Positions 9,099 through 19,799 are shown, counted from the stretch's first letter. The stretch: DNA of 64,000 nucleotides from Candidatus Omnitrophota bacterium (GCA_049642065.1 JBAROK010000047.1:15143-79142), one strand, 5' to 3'. Program-made: numbers and translations. Notes: generated from the letters alone by a model not told the origin.

Positions 9099-10012
9099 TG
9101 AAAAAAGATCTTATAACAGTAGATGATCTTACGACTAAAGAGATCTTCGATATTATGAAACTGGCTAAGAAGTTGAAAAAGGCGCCTCTTTCAAAGAAGG
9201 GTGCGCTTAAAGACAAGACGTTGGCGCTTCTTTTCCAGAAACCGTCCAACAGGACGCGTATATCCTTTGAGGTGGCTGCTGTGCATCTGGGAGGCTATGT
9301 GCTGTACCTGAGTCCCCGTGAGATTAAAATGGGGACTAGGGAACCTGTCAAAGATGTGGGACGCGTGGTATCACGGTACGTGGATGGTATGGTGGCACGA
9401 GTGTTTTCGCATCAGGACGTTGTAGCGCTCAAAGAGTATTCGGACGTTCCCGTTATAAACGGGCTTTCGGATTTTGCGCATCCTTGCCAGGCACTGAGCG
9501 ATCTTTTTACGATACTGGAGAAAAAAAAGACTCTCAAGAAAGTCACGCTTTCGTATGTGGGTGATGGGAACAACGTGCTTAATTCTCTACTTATGGTGAG
9601 TGCCAAAACGGGGCTCAACATGAAAGTAGCGACACCGGAAGGGTATAGTCCCCCGGCTGATTATTACGAAGAGGTCTCAAAACTAGCGAAAAAGAACGGT
9701 GCTGTTTTCGAACTCTCCAGCGATCCTCATGAAGCAGTATCCGGAAGCGATATAGTTTATACCGATGCCTGGGTCAGTATGGGTGATGAGGAAGAGACTG
9801 CAAAACGGCTAGAAGATTTTCAAGGTTTCCAAGTAAACGAGCAGCTCATGAAGTCTGCGAACGAAGGGGCTCTTATTATGCACTGTCTGCCCGCGCACAG
9901 GGGTCAGGAGGTCACTGATATTATAGACGGGAAGAACTCTATCATATACGACCAGGCGGAGAACAGGATGCACGTGCAGAAGGCGATTCTGCTGCGTCTT
10001 ATGGGTAAATAA
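9095..10012 (+). CDS. argF: Ornithine carbamoyltransferase
   Basis: SNRTRISFE, HCLPAHRGQE and OTC-specific DAWVSMG motifs; start overlaps argD stop (ATGA). Confidence 0.8.
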   Translation: MMKKDLITVDDLTTKEIFDIMKLAKKLKKAPLSKKGALKDKTLALLFQKPSNRTRISFEVAAVHLGGYVLYLSPREIKMGTREPVKDVGRVVSRYVDGMVARVFSHQDVVALKEYSDVPVINGLSDFAHPCQALSDLFTILEKKKTLKKVTLSYVGDGNNVLNSLLMVSAKTGLNMKVATPEGYSPPADYYEEVSKLAKKNGAVFELSSDPHEAVSGSDIVYTDAWVSMGDEEETAKRLEDFQGFQVNEQLMKSANEGALIMHCLPAHRGQEVTDIIDGKNSIIYDQAENRMHVQKAILLRLMGK

Positions 10013-10052
10013 ATAACGTAACGTGTTACGCGTTACGAAAGAAGGAGTTAAT

Positions 10053-11228
10053 ATGGCTAAGAAAAAGATCGTACTCGCTTATTCGGGAGGGCTTGATACC
10101 TCTGTGATAATAAAGTGGCTTATGGAACGCGACTATGATGTCGTCTGTTATATGGGAGACGTCGGGCAGGGAGCGGATACTGAAAACGGTCGCAAAAGGG
10201 CGCTGAAAATCGGTGCTTCAAAATGTATAGTCGGCGATCTTAAAAAAGAGTTTGTCACCGACTACGTTTTCCGGTCGCTGAAAGCGGGTTCTTTGTACCA
10301 GGGTAAATATAACCTGGCTACGGCACTGTCACGTCCGCTGATAGCCGATAAGATGGTGGATATAGCTAAGAAAGAGAAAGCGGTCGCGGTAGCTCACGGG
10401 TGTACCGGTAAAGGTAACGACCAAGTCCGGTTCGAAGTGACTTTCCAGCTCAAGGCACCGAAGCTTAAAGTTTTTGCTCCCGTACGGGAATGGGAACTTA
10501 CGACACGTGAATCGGAAATAGATTACGCTAAGAAACACAAGATACCTATCGAGCAGACAAAGAAAAAACTGTATAGTATCGACGTGAATCTGTGGGGTAT
10601 CAGCGTGGAAAGCGGAAAGCTTGAGGATCCGTGGTACGAACCGCCAAAAGATACTTTTATCAGTGTCGTAAGGCCTGAGGACGCGCCGGCGAAACCGGAA
10701 TATGTCACGGTTTCTTTTAAGAAAGGTGTGCCTGTGGCTGTGAACGGTAAGAAGTACAGCCCGGTAGAGCTTATCCAAAAACTAAACAAGATAGGCGGTA
10801 AACACGGTGTTGGCAGGGTAGATATGGTAGAGGACCGGTTGGTCGGGATAAAGTCCCGTGAGGTATACGAAGCTCCGGCTTCAGAAATACTTTATACTGG
10901 TCATACGGCTCTTGAAGAACTTGTTCTTGATCGGGAAACCAGGAAGTACAAGCAGGCTCTTGCTCAGGGGTACTCGGAACTTGTATATTACGGGTTATGG
11001 TTCACTCCGGTCAAGGAGGCAATAGACGCGTTTGTTGACAGCACGCAGAAACGTGTTTCAGGGGACGTGAAACTAAAATTGTACAAGGGCAGCGTGACCA
11101 TAACGGGTCGTAAGAGCCCGAACACGCGTTACAAAATGGAACTTGCAACTTACGGTGAAGGCGACGTTTTTGACCAGTCGCTTGCAAAAGGTTTCATAGA
11201 TCTATGGGCGATGCCGTATAAGAAGTAG
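10053..11228 (+). CDS. argG: Argininosuccinate synthase
   Basis: AYSGGLDTS PP-loop; start chosen at ATG 10053 behind GAAGGAG RBS (ORF-track start 10023 is an upstream extension). Confidence 0.9.
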   Translation: MAKKKIVLAYSGGLDTSVIIKWLMERDYDVVCYMGDVGQGADTENGRKRALKIGASKCIVGDLKKEFVTDYVFRSLKAGSLYQGKYNLATALSRPLIADKMVDIAKKEKAVAVAHGCTGKGNDQVRFEVTFQLKAPKLKVFAPVREWELTTRESEIDYAKKHKIPIEQTKKKLYSIDVNLWGISVESGKLEDPWYEPPKDTFISVVRPEDAPAKPEYVTVSFKKGVPVAVNGKKYSPVELIQKLNKIGGKHGVGRVDMVEDRLVGIKSREVYEAPASEILYTGHTALEELVLDRETRKYKQALAQGYSELVYYGLWFTPVKEAIDAFVDSTQKRVSGDVKLKLYKGSVTITGRKSPNTRYKMELATYGEGDVFDQSLAKGFIDLWAMPYKK

Positions 11229-11247
11229 TATAAATCTAAGGAGATGA

Positions 11248-12627
11248 ATGATGGGAAAACTATGGGGCGGAAGGTTCGAGAACAAGGATATAGACGAACG
11301 TGTTCTGGCATTCACTTCCAGTCTTGACGTTGACAACGTGCTGGCTAAGTACGATTGCCTGAGCACAAAAGTACACGTTGAGATGCTCTCGAAGAAAGGG
11401 TATATCTCAGCTGACGAGAAGAATGAGCTTGTAGGTGTATTGGATGAGCTTTCCGGAAAAATAGAGGATGGAAACTGGAACTGTAGCGGACATGAAGATA
11501 TCCATTCCGCTATCCAGGATTACGTTGAGAAGAAAGCTCCGGAAGCGGCTAAGAAGATGCATACCGGTAGGTCCCGCAACGAACAGGTAGTTAATGACGT
11601 GCGGCTTTACTGCAAGGATAAGGTGAGCTGTATCTGTGGTCTTATCATGGACCTGCAGGAAGAGATTACCAACCTGGCCGAGAAGACCGTGGACGTTATT
11701 GTGCCGGGTTATACTCATCTTAACCGGGCGCAACCTGTACTTTTTGCCCATTTATTGATGGCATATGTCGAGATGTTGCAGCGTGATATTGAACGTCTGG
11801 AGAACGCCAGCGAACGGTGTGACGTTTCCGTGATGGGGTCAGGTGCTATAGCGGGTTCGGCGCTTGAGTTGGACAGGAAATACGTCTCGGAAAAACTGGG
11901 TTTCAGCGGTATCTCTGCGAATAGTATAGATTCGGTAAGTGACAGGGATTTTATAGCTGAAGTTATATCTGGTCTGTGTTTTGTGGCCGTGCATCTGTCC
12001 CGGATGAGTGAAGACCTTATACTTTACAGTACGCCCGAATTCGGATTTCTGGAGATAGGAGCGGATTACTGTACGGGCAGTTCCCTTATGCCCCAGAAAA
12101 AGAACCCTGACGTATTGGAACTGATTAGGGGCAGGGCTTCGAGTGTTATAAGTGCGCTTAACTCAATATTTGTGTTGCTAAAAGGGTTGCCGCACTCGTA
12201 TAACCGGGATCTTCAGGAAGACAAACGGCCGCTTTTTGAGTCTATTGAGTTGGTAACTTCAGAACTTGAGATCATGGCAGACCTGGTAGGTACCATTGAC
12301 CTTAATAAAGATGTAGCTATGAAGGCGCTGGAGTCTGAGTTTATCTATGCGACGGACCTGGCGGAATACCTCGTTCGTAAGGGCATTGCTTTTAAAGATG
12401 CGCATGAAGTGATCGGAAGTATCGTTAAGCATTGCAACGATAAGGACATAAACATATCAGATCTTTCAATATCCGAACTTAAAGGGTTCTCGGAAAAACT
12501 GGAAGAGGATCTGTACAGTCTTATGAACCCGGAAACTTCCATCAGCAACAAGAAGACCCCGGGTAGCACGAACCCGGACTTTGTGAAAAAAGAAATAGCG
12601 AAATGGAAAAAACGGCTTGAATTGTGA
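11248..12627 (+). CDS. argH: Argininosuccinate lyase
   Basis: LWGGRF N-terminus, fumarate-lyase signature GSSLMPQKKNPD. Confidence 0.9.
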   Translation: MMGKLWGGRFENKDIDERVLAFTSSLDVDNVLAKYDCLSTKVHVEMLSKKGYISADEKNELVGVLDELSGKIEDGNWNCSGHEDIHSAIQDYVEKKAPEAAKKMHTGRSRNEQVVNDVRLYCKDKVSCICGLIMDLQEEITNLAEKTVDVIVPGYTHLNRAQPVLFAHLLMAYVEMLQRDIERLENASERCDVSVMGSGAIAGSALELDRKYVSEKLGFSGISANSIDSVSDRDFIAEVISGLCFVAVHLSRMSEDLILYSTPEFGFLEIGADYCTGSSLMPQKKNPDVLELIRGRASSVISALNSIFVLLKGLPHSYNRDLQEDKRPLFESIELVTSELEIMADLVGTIDLNKDVAMKALESEFIYATDLAEYLVRKGIAFKDAHEVIGSIVKHCNDKDINISDLSISELKGFSEKLEEDLYSLMNPETSISNKKTPGSTNPDFVKKEIAKWKKRLEL

Positions 12628-12643
12628 ATGAATAGGAGTAATT

Positions 12644-13894
12644 ATGCATGAGTTCAACTATAAGAACGGAGTTTTGCATTGTGAAGATGTATCACTGACG
12701 GATATCGCCAGGGAATATCCGACGCCGTTCTATCTCTACAGTTATGCTACGCTTATGGACCATTTCAGTAAGATCCAGAAAGCGTTCGAAGAAGTGAGTC
12801 CCTTGATCTGTTTTTCCATGAAGTCCAACTCCAATCTGAGTGTGTGCAAGGCTCTTGTCAGTGCGGGGGCGGGGCTGGATATAGTTTCAGGAGGAGAACT
12901 TTACAAAGCTCTAAAGATAGGGTGTCCTCCCGAACGAATAGTCTACGCAAGTGTAGGTAAAACAGAAGAAGAGATAGAGACTGCTCTGAAAACAGGGATA
13001 CTTTTCTTCAATGTTGAATCAGTGCCTGAACTTATTATGATTGATACGGTAGCTAAGCGTCTGGGCAAGAAGGCCAATGTAGCTTTGCGAATAAATCCGG
13101 ACGTGAAACCGGAAACCCACGATTACATAACTACTGGGACCAAGGAGAAGAAGTTCGGTATATGTTTCGAGGAAGCGGAAGAGATCTTCGATAACGCGAA
13201 CAAGTATTCTAACACAGAACTTAAAGGCGTACATGTTCATATAGGTTCACAGATAACCGAAGTGAAGCCTTTCGTGACAGCGATACAAAAGATTCTTGAT
13301 TTTCTGGATAAAGGTAATATCAACGTTGAGTACCTGAACCTGGGTGGAGGTTTTGGTATCATATACGATCAGGAAAAGACGACTACTGCGCAGGAGTTCG
13401 CTAAAGAGATAATTCCTCTTGTAAGAGATACGTCATTCAAACTTATATTTGAACCTGGTCGGTTCATTGCCGGTAATAGCGGTATTCTTGTCTGCAAGGT
13501 GCTTTACGTGAAGACGGGGGCTACGGGTAAGAAGTTCGCAATAGTAGATGCTGGCATGAACGATCTTTTGCGACCGAGCCTTTACGAGGCGTATCACGAG
13601 ATAAGACCTGTAGTGGTAAGGGAAGCAGAACGCCAGAAGTACGATGTGGTCGGACCTATATGTGAAAGCGGCGATTATCTTGCTCTAGACAGGGAGCTGC
13701 CTGAACTGATAGCGGGAGAATACATTGCCGTGATGGGTGCGGGTGCTTACGGGTATACAATGGCATCGAACTATAATTCAAGACCTCGTCCGGCGGAACT
13801 TATGGTAATAAACGGTCAGACCAAAATAGTTCGTGAACAGGAGACCTATAAGGACCTGATACGCGGCGAGAAGATACTGAAGGAGCTCAAGTAA
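12644..13894 (+). CDS. lysA: Diaminopimelate decarboxylase
   Basis: Fold-III PLP decarboxylase, PTPFYLYS, HIGSQ, EPGRFI and CESGD motifs. Confidence 0.85.
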   Translation: MHEFNYKNGVLHCEDVSLTDIAREYPTPFYLYSYATLMDHFSKIQKAFEEVSPLICFSMKSNSNLSVCKALVSAGAGLDIVSGGELYKALKIGCPPERIVYASVGKTEEEIETALKTGILFFNVESVPELIMIDTVAKRLGKKANVALRINPDVKPETHDYITTGTKEKKFGICFEEAEEIFDNANKYSNTELKGVHVHIGSQITEVKPFVTAIQKILDFLDKGNINVEYLNLGGGFGIIYDQEKTTTAQEFAKEIIPLVRDTSFKLIFEPGRFIAGNSGILVCKVLYVKTGATGKKFAIVDAGMNDLLRPSLYEAYHEIRPVVVREAERQKYDVVGPICESGDYLALDRELPELIAGEYIAVMGAGAYGYTMASNYNSRPRPAELMVINGQTKIVREQETYKDLIRGEKILKELK

Positions 13895-14706
13895 TGAAAT
13901 ATAATCTTGTATTCACAAAAGCCGTTGCAAGCGGGAATGATTTTGTGATCATAGACAATAAGAACGGGGAGCTGGATGCCAGGGATCTTGATTATTCGGA
14001 GATGGCACGTGAAATTTGCATTAGGAAACTTTCTATAGGTGCAGACGGGCTCCTGATTCTTGAAGATTCAGATGTAGCGGATTTTAAGATGCGCATAATA
14101 AATCCAGATGGATCCGAAGTTGATATGTGCGGTAACGGGCTGCGCTGCAGCGCGCTTTACGCTTCCATATGCGGTTGGGGCAACGAGCTTTCCGTAGAAA
14201 CAGGTGCGGGTATTCTTACAGCTAATGTGGACGGGGATAATGTCAGGCTGAGAATGAGTGATCCTAAAGACACGAAACTTGAGATAAAGCTGGGTATAGG
14301 CAACAGCATGATGATAGCCCACCATATCAATACGGGAGTGCCACATGTAGTACATCTTGTAGAAGATCTTGAAAATTATGAGGTCATGGATGTTGGCAGG
14401 AAGATAAGGGAGCACACGCTGTTCGCACCTGAGGGGACCAACGCGAATTTTGTGGGTGAGGTAGAAAAGAACAGTGCGTCACTTAGGACGTATGAGCGCG
14501 GTGTTGAGGACGAGACTCTTGCCTGCGGGACGGGTACCGTGGCATCCGCTGTTGTATTGGGTCTTTTAGGATGCGTATCAAGTCCGGTTAAGATGCGTAC
14601 TAAAAGCGGTGATGTGTTGACCGTGTATTTCGATATATCAGGAGATAAGGTTACTAACGTTTATTTAGAAGGTGCGGCTAATATAGTTTGTGAAGGCAAG
14701 ATATAG
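13894..14706 (+). CDS. dapF: Diaminopimelate epimerase
   Basis: FTKAVASGNDFVI ... MCGNGLRC and CGTG catalytic-Cys motifs; start overlaps lysA stop. Confidence 0.85.
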   Translation: MKYNLVFTKAVASGNDFVIIDNKNGELDARDLDYSEMAREICIRKLSIGADGLLILEDSDVADFKMRIINPDGSEVDMCGNGLRCSALYASICGWGNELSVETGAGILTANVDGDNVRLRMSDPKDTKLEIKLGIGNSMMIAHHINTGVPHVVHLVEDLENYEVMDVGRKIREHTLFAPEGTNANFVGEVEKNSASLRTYERGVEDETLACGTGTVASAVVLGLLGCVSSPVKMRTKSGDVLTVYFDISGDKVTNVYLEGAANIVCEGKI

Positions 14707-14726
14707 CTTGCAGTAAAGGAGGAAAA

Positions 14727-15593
14727 ATGTTTAAGGGTTCATATGTGGCTTTGGCTACTCCGTTTGTAGACGGCAAGATAGATGAGAAGGCTTTTGCAAG
14801 TCTTATCGAATTTCAGATTGATAACGGTACGGATGGTATACTTCCGTGCGGTTGTACCGGTGAGGCTGCTACTTTATCCATGGATGAACAGAAGCAGCTT
14901 ATCAAGCTGACCGTGGAGGTGTGTAACAAGCGCGTACCCGTGCTTGCGGGGACAGGTTCCAACAACACAGCTGAAGCTGTAGAGCTGACTAAATACGCGG
15001 AAAAAACTGGAGCTGACGGGTCGCTTCTGATAACGCCTTATTATAACAAGCCGACTCCGGAAGGACAGTACAGGCATTATGCCGAGATCGCTGGGAAGGT
15101 AAACATACCCATAATGCTTTACAACGTTCCTTCACGCACAGGGATATCACTTTTGCCGGCTACGGTAGCGCGTCTTTCGAAGATAGACAATATCGTTGCG
15201 ATAAAAGAAGCTGCAGGTAGCGTGCAGCAGGTTATGGATATATTAGACCTGTGTGATATAACCGTTATGAGCGGTGACGATTCTATGACACTGCCGTTCA
15301 TGGCTGTCGGTGCGACGGGAGTAGTAAGTGTCGTTGCGAACATCGTGCCTGATAAGGTGCATGAGATTACGCAGAGTTTCCTGGATGGGGATATGGAAAA
15401 GAGCAAAGAGATACATTACCAGATACTTAATCTCTGTAAGTCGATGTTTATAGAGACTAATCCTCTTCCGGTTAAGACTGCTCTTAGCATGATGGGCAGG
15501 ATAAACGAAGAGTGGCGTCTTCCTCTTTGTGAGATGCGCTCTGATACCAGAGAAAAGCTTGAAGCGGTACTTAAGGAATACAAACTTATCTAG
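14727..15593 (+). CDS. dapA: 4-hydroxy-tetrahydrodipicolinate synthase
   Basis: DapA/NAL family, GTTGE motif region and Schiff-base Lys in VAIKEA. Confidence 0.85.
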   Translation: MFKGSYVALATPFVDGKIDEKAFASLIEFQIDNGTDGILPCGCTGEAATLSMDEQKQLIKLTVEVCNKRVPVLAGTGSNNTAEAVELTKYAEKTGADGSLLITPYYNKPTPEGQYRHYAEIAGKVNIPIMLYNVPSRTGISLLPATVARLSKIDNIVAIKEAAGSVQQVMDILDLCDITVMSGDDSMTLPFMAVGATGVVSVVANIVPDKVHEITQSFLDGDMEKSKEIHYQILNLCKSMFIETNPLPVKTALSMMGRINEEWRLPLCEMRSDTREKLEAVLKEYKLI

Positions 15594-15610
15594 AGCTAAG
15601 GGGAGTTATC

Positions 15611-16333
15611 ATGGTCAAAATTGGTGTTGCCGGTGTGTGCGGCAAGATGGGTAAACGTATAGCGGACCTTGCTAAAAAGGATCCGGATATTGAGCTTGCC
15701 AGTGGTCTTGAAAGGGACGGCGATCCTTCCGTAGGCAAGGAAGAGAATGGGGTTTTAGTGACAGCTGATCCAGGTGAAGCTTGTGAGGGGATTGATTGCC
15801 TTATTGATTTTACACTTCCGGAGCCTACGCTTGCGCATGTGGAAGTGTGCCGGGAAAAAGGTGTACCTATGGTTATCGGGACTACAGGACTTGATCCTAA
15901 AGGAGAAGAAAAGATACGCCAGGCAGCGGAAAGCATACCGATAGTGTTCTCACCTAACATGGCGGTTGGCGTGAACCTTCTTTTTAACATAGTGCGTGAA
16001 GCGGCAAGGGTTCTTGGCCGTGATTTCGACATAAAAGTTGACGAAACGCATCATGTGCATAAAAAGGATTCGCCTAGCGGTACCGCTAAGATGATAGCCA
16101 AGGTGATAAAGGAGGCTTCTGGTAAGGATGCGCCCGTAGAGGCTTTCAGGGAAGGCGAGGTCATAGGAAATCATGGGATAGTCTTTGACGGAGAGTTTGA
16201 GAACCTCGAGATACGCCATGACGCTAAGAGCAGGGATGTTTTTGCCGCCGGAGCGCTTGAAGCCGCGAAATTCGTAGCTGGTAAGGCGCCGGGTCTTTAC
16301 TCGATGGCGGATGTATTAGGATTAGGCAAATAG
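15611..16333 (+). CDS. dapB: 4-hydroxy-tetrahydrodipicolinate reductase
   Basis: VKIGVAGVCGKMG N-terminus; EVIGNHG ... HDAKSRDVFAAGAL C-terminal DapB signature. Confidence 0.85.
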   Translation: MVKIGVAGVCGKMGKRIADLAKKDPDIELASGLERDGDPSVGKEENGVLVTADPGEACEGIDCLIDFTLPEPTLAHVEVCREKGVPMVIGTTGLDPKGEEKIRQAAESIPIVFSPNMAVGVNLLFNIVREAARVLGRDFDIKVDETHHVHKKDSPSGTAKMIAKVIKEASGKDAPVEAFREGEVIGNHGIVFDGEFENLEIRHDAKSRDVFAAGALEAAKFVAGKAPGLYSMADVLGLGK

Positions 16334-16347
16334 AAGGAAGGAAATAA

Positions 16348-17517
16348 ATGAAAGTAGATTACGCGAACAGAATTAAGCAGTTGCCACCGTATCTTTTTGA
16401 AGAGATCGATAAAGCGAAACAGAAGGCTCTTAATGAAGGCAGGCCTGTGATCGATCTTGGTGTTGGTGATCCCGATACCCCGACACCGGATTTTATCATC
16501 AAGGAGCTTCAGGAAGCTGTTCTTGACGCTTCGACGCATAAATACGCTTTGAATAAAGGACTCAGGCCTTTACGTGAGGAGATGGCTAACTGGTACAAGT
16601 CTCGTTTTAACGTGGAGCTGGATCCTGACGCTGAAGTGTTGCCGCTTCTTGGATCCAAGGAAGGGATAGGTCACGTACCGATGGCTTTTATAAATCCGGG
16701 AGATACAGTACTTATCCCGGATCCAGGATATCCGCCGTATAATTCAGGTACGATATTTGCCGGCGGTAAGCCTCATTTTATGCCACTTCTGGCTGAAAAC
16801 GGGTTTCTGCCTGATTTGGATGCGATTGACGCTAATGTAGCCAAAGAGTGTAAGCTGATGCATATAAATTATCCGAATAATCCGACCGGTGCTATTTGTG
16901 ATAAGGCTTTCTATGAAAAAGTAATAGAGTTTGCTCGTAAGAACGATATCATCGTGTGTTCCGATGCTGCGTATACGGAGATGAGTTTCGATGGGTATAA
17001 CCCCATAAGTTTTCTTGAAGTGGACGGCGCAAAAGATGTCGGTATAGAGTTCCATTCTCTTTCTAAGACTTTCAATATGACCGGATGGAGAGTAGGGTTG
17101 GCAGTAGGTAATGCCGAAATCCTTAGCGGGCTTGCTAAGGTAAAAGCCAACCTGGATTCGGGTATTTTTACGGCTGTGCAGGTAGCCGCGATAGAAGCTC
17201 TTAAGAAAGCTGATGAGGTCAAGTCCAGGATGAATAAGATGTATACCGAAAGACGGGATGTGCTTGTTGACGGTTTAAATGAAGCGGGTTGGAAAATATC
17301 TAAGCCGCTAGCGACTTTTTATGTTTGGGCACCAGTATTTGGCGGATATGATTCGGCTGGACTAGCAAAGGCTTTGCTTGAGAAGGCGGATATAGTTGCT
17401 ACTCCCGGTAGTGGGTTCGGCTCTTCCGGAGAAGGGTATGTTCGTATGGCCCTGACCGTGGGAACCGATAAGCTCCAGGAAGTGGTTGCGCGGATCAAGA
17501 AGGAATTCTTCAGTTAA
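16348..17517 (+). CDS. dapL: LL-diaminopimelate aminotransferase (class I aminotransferase, DapL type)
   Basis: LPPYLFEEIDKAK...VIDLGVGDPD, NYPNNPTG, FHSLSKTFNMTGWR match the methanogen/Leptospira-type DapL as recalled; sits directly after dapB; no dapD/dapE seen in window. Confidence 0.6.
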   Translation: MKVDYANRIKQLPPYLFEEIDKAKQKALNEGRPVIDLGVGDPDTPTPDFIIKELQEAVLDASTHKYALNKGLRPLREEMANWYKSRFNVELDPDAEVLPLLGSKEGIGHVPMAFINPGDTVLIPDPGYPPYNSGTIFAGGKPHFMPLLAENGFLPDLDAIDANVAKECKLMHINYPNNPTGAICDKAFYEKVIEFARKNDIIVCSDAAYTEMSFDGYNPISFLEVDGAKDVGIEFHSLSKTFNMTGWRVGLAVGNAEILSGLAKVKANLDSGIFTAVQVAAIEALKKADEVKSRMNKMYTERRDVLVDGLNEAGWKISKPLATFYVWAPVFGGYDSAGLAKALLEKADIVATPGSGFGSSGEGYVRMALTVGTDKLQEVVARIKKEFFS

Positions 17518-17527
17518 TATATTACGG

Positions 17528-17995
17528 ATGATGGTTATTGTTTATTTAGGCATAGGCTCCAACATCGGAGACAGGGAGAAGAATTTCGAAGAAGCTCTTA
17601 GCCGTTTGAAGAAAATAGATGGTGTAGAAGCACTAGAAGCCTCCAGCACTTACTACACAAAGCCCGTAGGGGGACCCGTACAGGACGATTATCTCAACGG
17701 TGTGCTTAAAATAGAGACGATCATACCGCCTGTAGAACTATTGGATATTCTAAAAAGTATCGAAAAGGATATGGGCCGGAGCTCTTCGGATAAAGATTAT
17801 CCGCGTGTTATTGATTTGGATATACTGCTTTATGGTGAAGAGAGAATCGAATCGGAAAAATTAATTGTTCCGCATCCTAAGATGCACGAAAGGCAATTTG
17901 TTCTGAAAGGTCTTGCAGAAATAGCTCCGGAAGCGGTGCATGCAGGTACGGGCAAGACGATAGGGGAGCTTTACAGAGAGACAAGGAAGAACTAA
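17528..17995 (+). CDS. folK: 2-amino-4-hydroxy-6-hydroxymethyldihydropteridine pyrophosphokinase (HPPK)
   Basis: VYLGIGSNIGD ... RVIDLDILLYG HPPK motifs; start taken at ATGATG 17528 (ORF-track 17486 start overlaps dapL). Confidence 0.8.
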   Translation: MMVIVYLGIGSNIGDREKNFEEALSRLKKIDGVEALEASSTYYTKPVGGPVQDDYLNGVLKIETIIPPVELLDILKSIEKDMGRSSSDKDYPRVIDLDILLYGEERIESEKLIVPHPKMHERQFVLKGLAEIAPEAVHAGTGKTIGELYRETRKN

Positions 17996-17996
17996 T

Positions 17997-18851
17997 ATGA
18001 ACCTCATCACGAAGATATCCGAGATGCAGGAGTTTTCCCGGGAAGCTAAAAAAGAAGGTAAGACGGTAGGGTTTGTCCCGACGATGGGGTACCTTCATGA
18101 AGGGCATCTCAGTCTGGTAAGAGCTGCTAAGAGAGAATGCGATCTGGCGGTAATGAGCATATATGTTAATCCTATGCAGTTCGGGCCGGAAGAGGATCTT
18201 GATAAGTATCCCCGTGACATGGAAAGGGATAAAGCTCTTGCCGAAAAAGAAGGTGCTGACGTTATTTTTGCTCCGCTTTCAGGTGAAATGTACCCGGGGG
18301 GATACACTACTGACGTAGATGTTACGGGTACTATCACAGAGACTTTGTGCGGAATTTCAAGACCCGGACATTTTAAAGGCGTGACCACTATCGTAGCCAA
18401 ACTTTTTAACATAGTGAGTCCAGATAAAGCGTATTTAGGTCAGAAAGACGCCCAGCAGGCTGTAGCAGTAAAAAGAATGGTCCGGGACCTGAATATACCG
18501 GTTGAAGTGCGCGTGATGCCAACTGTCAGAGAAGATGACGGGTTGGCGATGAGTTCCAGGAACAGCTATCTTTCAGATGACCAGAGGCATCAGGCACTGG
18601 GTCTTTTCAAGGCGCTTGAAAGTGCCAAAGAAATGATATCGGCGGGAGAAGTTTCCGCGATTATCATTAAACAGAAATTGAAAAGTATTCTCGAAGAAGG
18701 TAAAGATGTTCGGGTGGATTACGTTGAGGTAGTGGATACAGATACTTTGGAACCATCGGATGAAGTGCAGGATAACACGTTAATAGCAGTCGCAGCCTAC
18801 ATAGGAGATGCTAGACTGATCGATAATATCGTGATAAAAGGAGCGAAATGA
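17997..18851 (+). CDS. panC: Pantoate--beta-alanine ligase
   Basis: VPTMGYLHEGHLSLV HIGH-type motif. Confidence 0.9.
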   Translation: MNLITKISEMQEFSREAKKEGKTVGFVPTMGYLHEGHLSLVRAAKRECDLAVMSIYVNPMQFGPEEDLDKYPRDMERDKALAEKEGADVIFAPLSGEMYPGGYTTDVDVTGTITETLCGISRPGHFKGVTTIVAKLFNIVSPDKAYLGQKDAQQAVAVKRMVRDLNIPVEVRVMPTVREDDGLAMSSRNSYLSDDQRHQALGLFKALESAKEMISAGEVSAIIIKQKLKSILEEGKDVRVDYVEVVDTDTLEPSDEVQDNTLIAVAAYIGDARLIDNIVIKGAK

Positions 18852-19786
18852 CAAAACCGGAATTTGACGCGAAATACAAAAAACACCTTACAAGAAAAAT
18901 AATGGATCTTAAAAAGGAGAAAGGTGCGCTTATAGTTGCGCATAACTATCAGCGTGACGAGATACAGGAACTTGCGGATATTACAGGAGACTCGTACGCT
19001 CTGGCACGTAAGGTTGTCGAAGCATCTGAGAAAGTCGTTGTTTTCTGTGGCGTCAAGTTTATGGCAGAAAGTGCTTATATGTTAAGCCCGGAGAAGATCG
19101 TACTTCTTCCCGTTGAAGAAGCAGGATGTCCTTTAGCGGATATGGCGACAGTAGATAAACTCAAGAAGAAAAAAGAAGAGTATCCTGAAGCAGCTGTTGT
19201 ATCCTATGTTAACTCATCTGCCGCGGTAAAAGCGGAAAGCGATATATGCTGCACTTCTTCAAACGCTATTCAGGTGGTCAAGTCTCTGAAAGAAGATAAG
19301 GTCATTTTTGTCCCGGATAAGAATCTTGGCCGTTACGTCAGGGAACACGTGCCGGAGAAGGAACTTATCATATGGGACGGGTATTGTGTGGTGCACATGA
19401 GGCTCACGCGTGAAGAGGTAATTGATACTAAAAAACTCAGGCCGAACGCTAAATTTATCGTGCATCCGGAATGTCGCAAAGAAGTCTTGGATGAAGCGGA
19501 TTATGTAGGCAGTACTGCGGGTATGGTAAAACACGTGAAAGAGTCCCCGGAGAAGGAATTTATTGTCGGTACGGAAATGGGGATAATATACAGGCTTAAA
19601 AGAGATAACCCGGACAAGGAGTTCTATGTTCCTACTGATCAGTTCATATGTGCAAATATGAAGCTTACGACGCTTGGCTGGTTGGCCAGGTCGCTGGAGA
19701 AGATGGTCTACAAAGTTACTGTACCGGAAGACATAGCAGAAAAAGCGCGCAAGGCGCTTCAAAGAATGTTAGATGTAACATCGTAA
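18848..19786 (+). CDS. nadA: Quinolinate synthase A
   Basis: NadA family layout (VKFMAESAYML, HPECRKEV), start overlaps panC stop. Confidence 0.85.
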   Translation: MTKPEFDAKYKKHLTRKIMDLKKEKGALIVAHNYQRDEIQELADITGDSYALARKVVEASEKVVVFCGVKFMAESAYMLSPEKIVLLPVEEAGCPLADMATVDKLKKKKEEYPEAAVVSYVNSSAAVKAESDICCTSSNAIQVVKSLKEDKVIFVPDKNLGRYVREHVPEKELIIWDGYCVVHMRLTREEVIDTKKLRPNAKFIVHPECRKEVLDEADYVGSTAGMVKHVKESPEKEFIVGTEMGIIYRLKRDNPDKEFYVPTDQFICANMKLTTLGWLARSLEKMVYKVTVPEDIAEKARKALQRMLDVTS

Positions 19787-19799
19787 ATAAGGAAAGAAT

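Noticed and set aside
9095-10012. Aspartate carbamoyltransferase (pyrB) instead of argF
   Set aside because: The protein carries the OTC-specific D-x-W-x-SMG motif and sits inside the arg operon.
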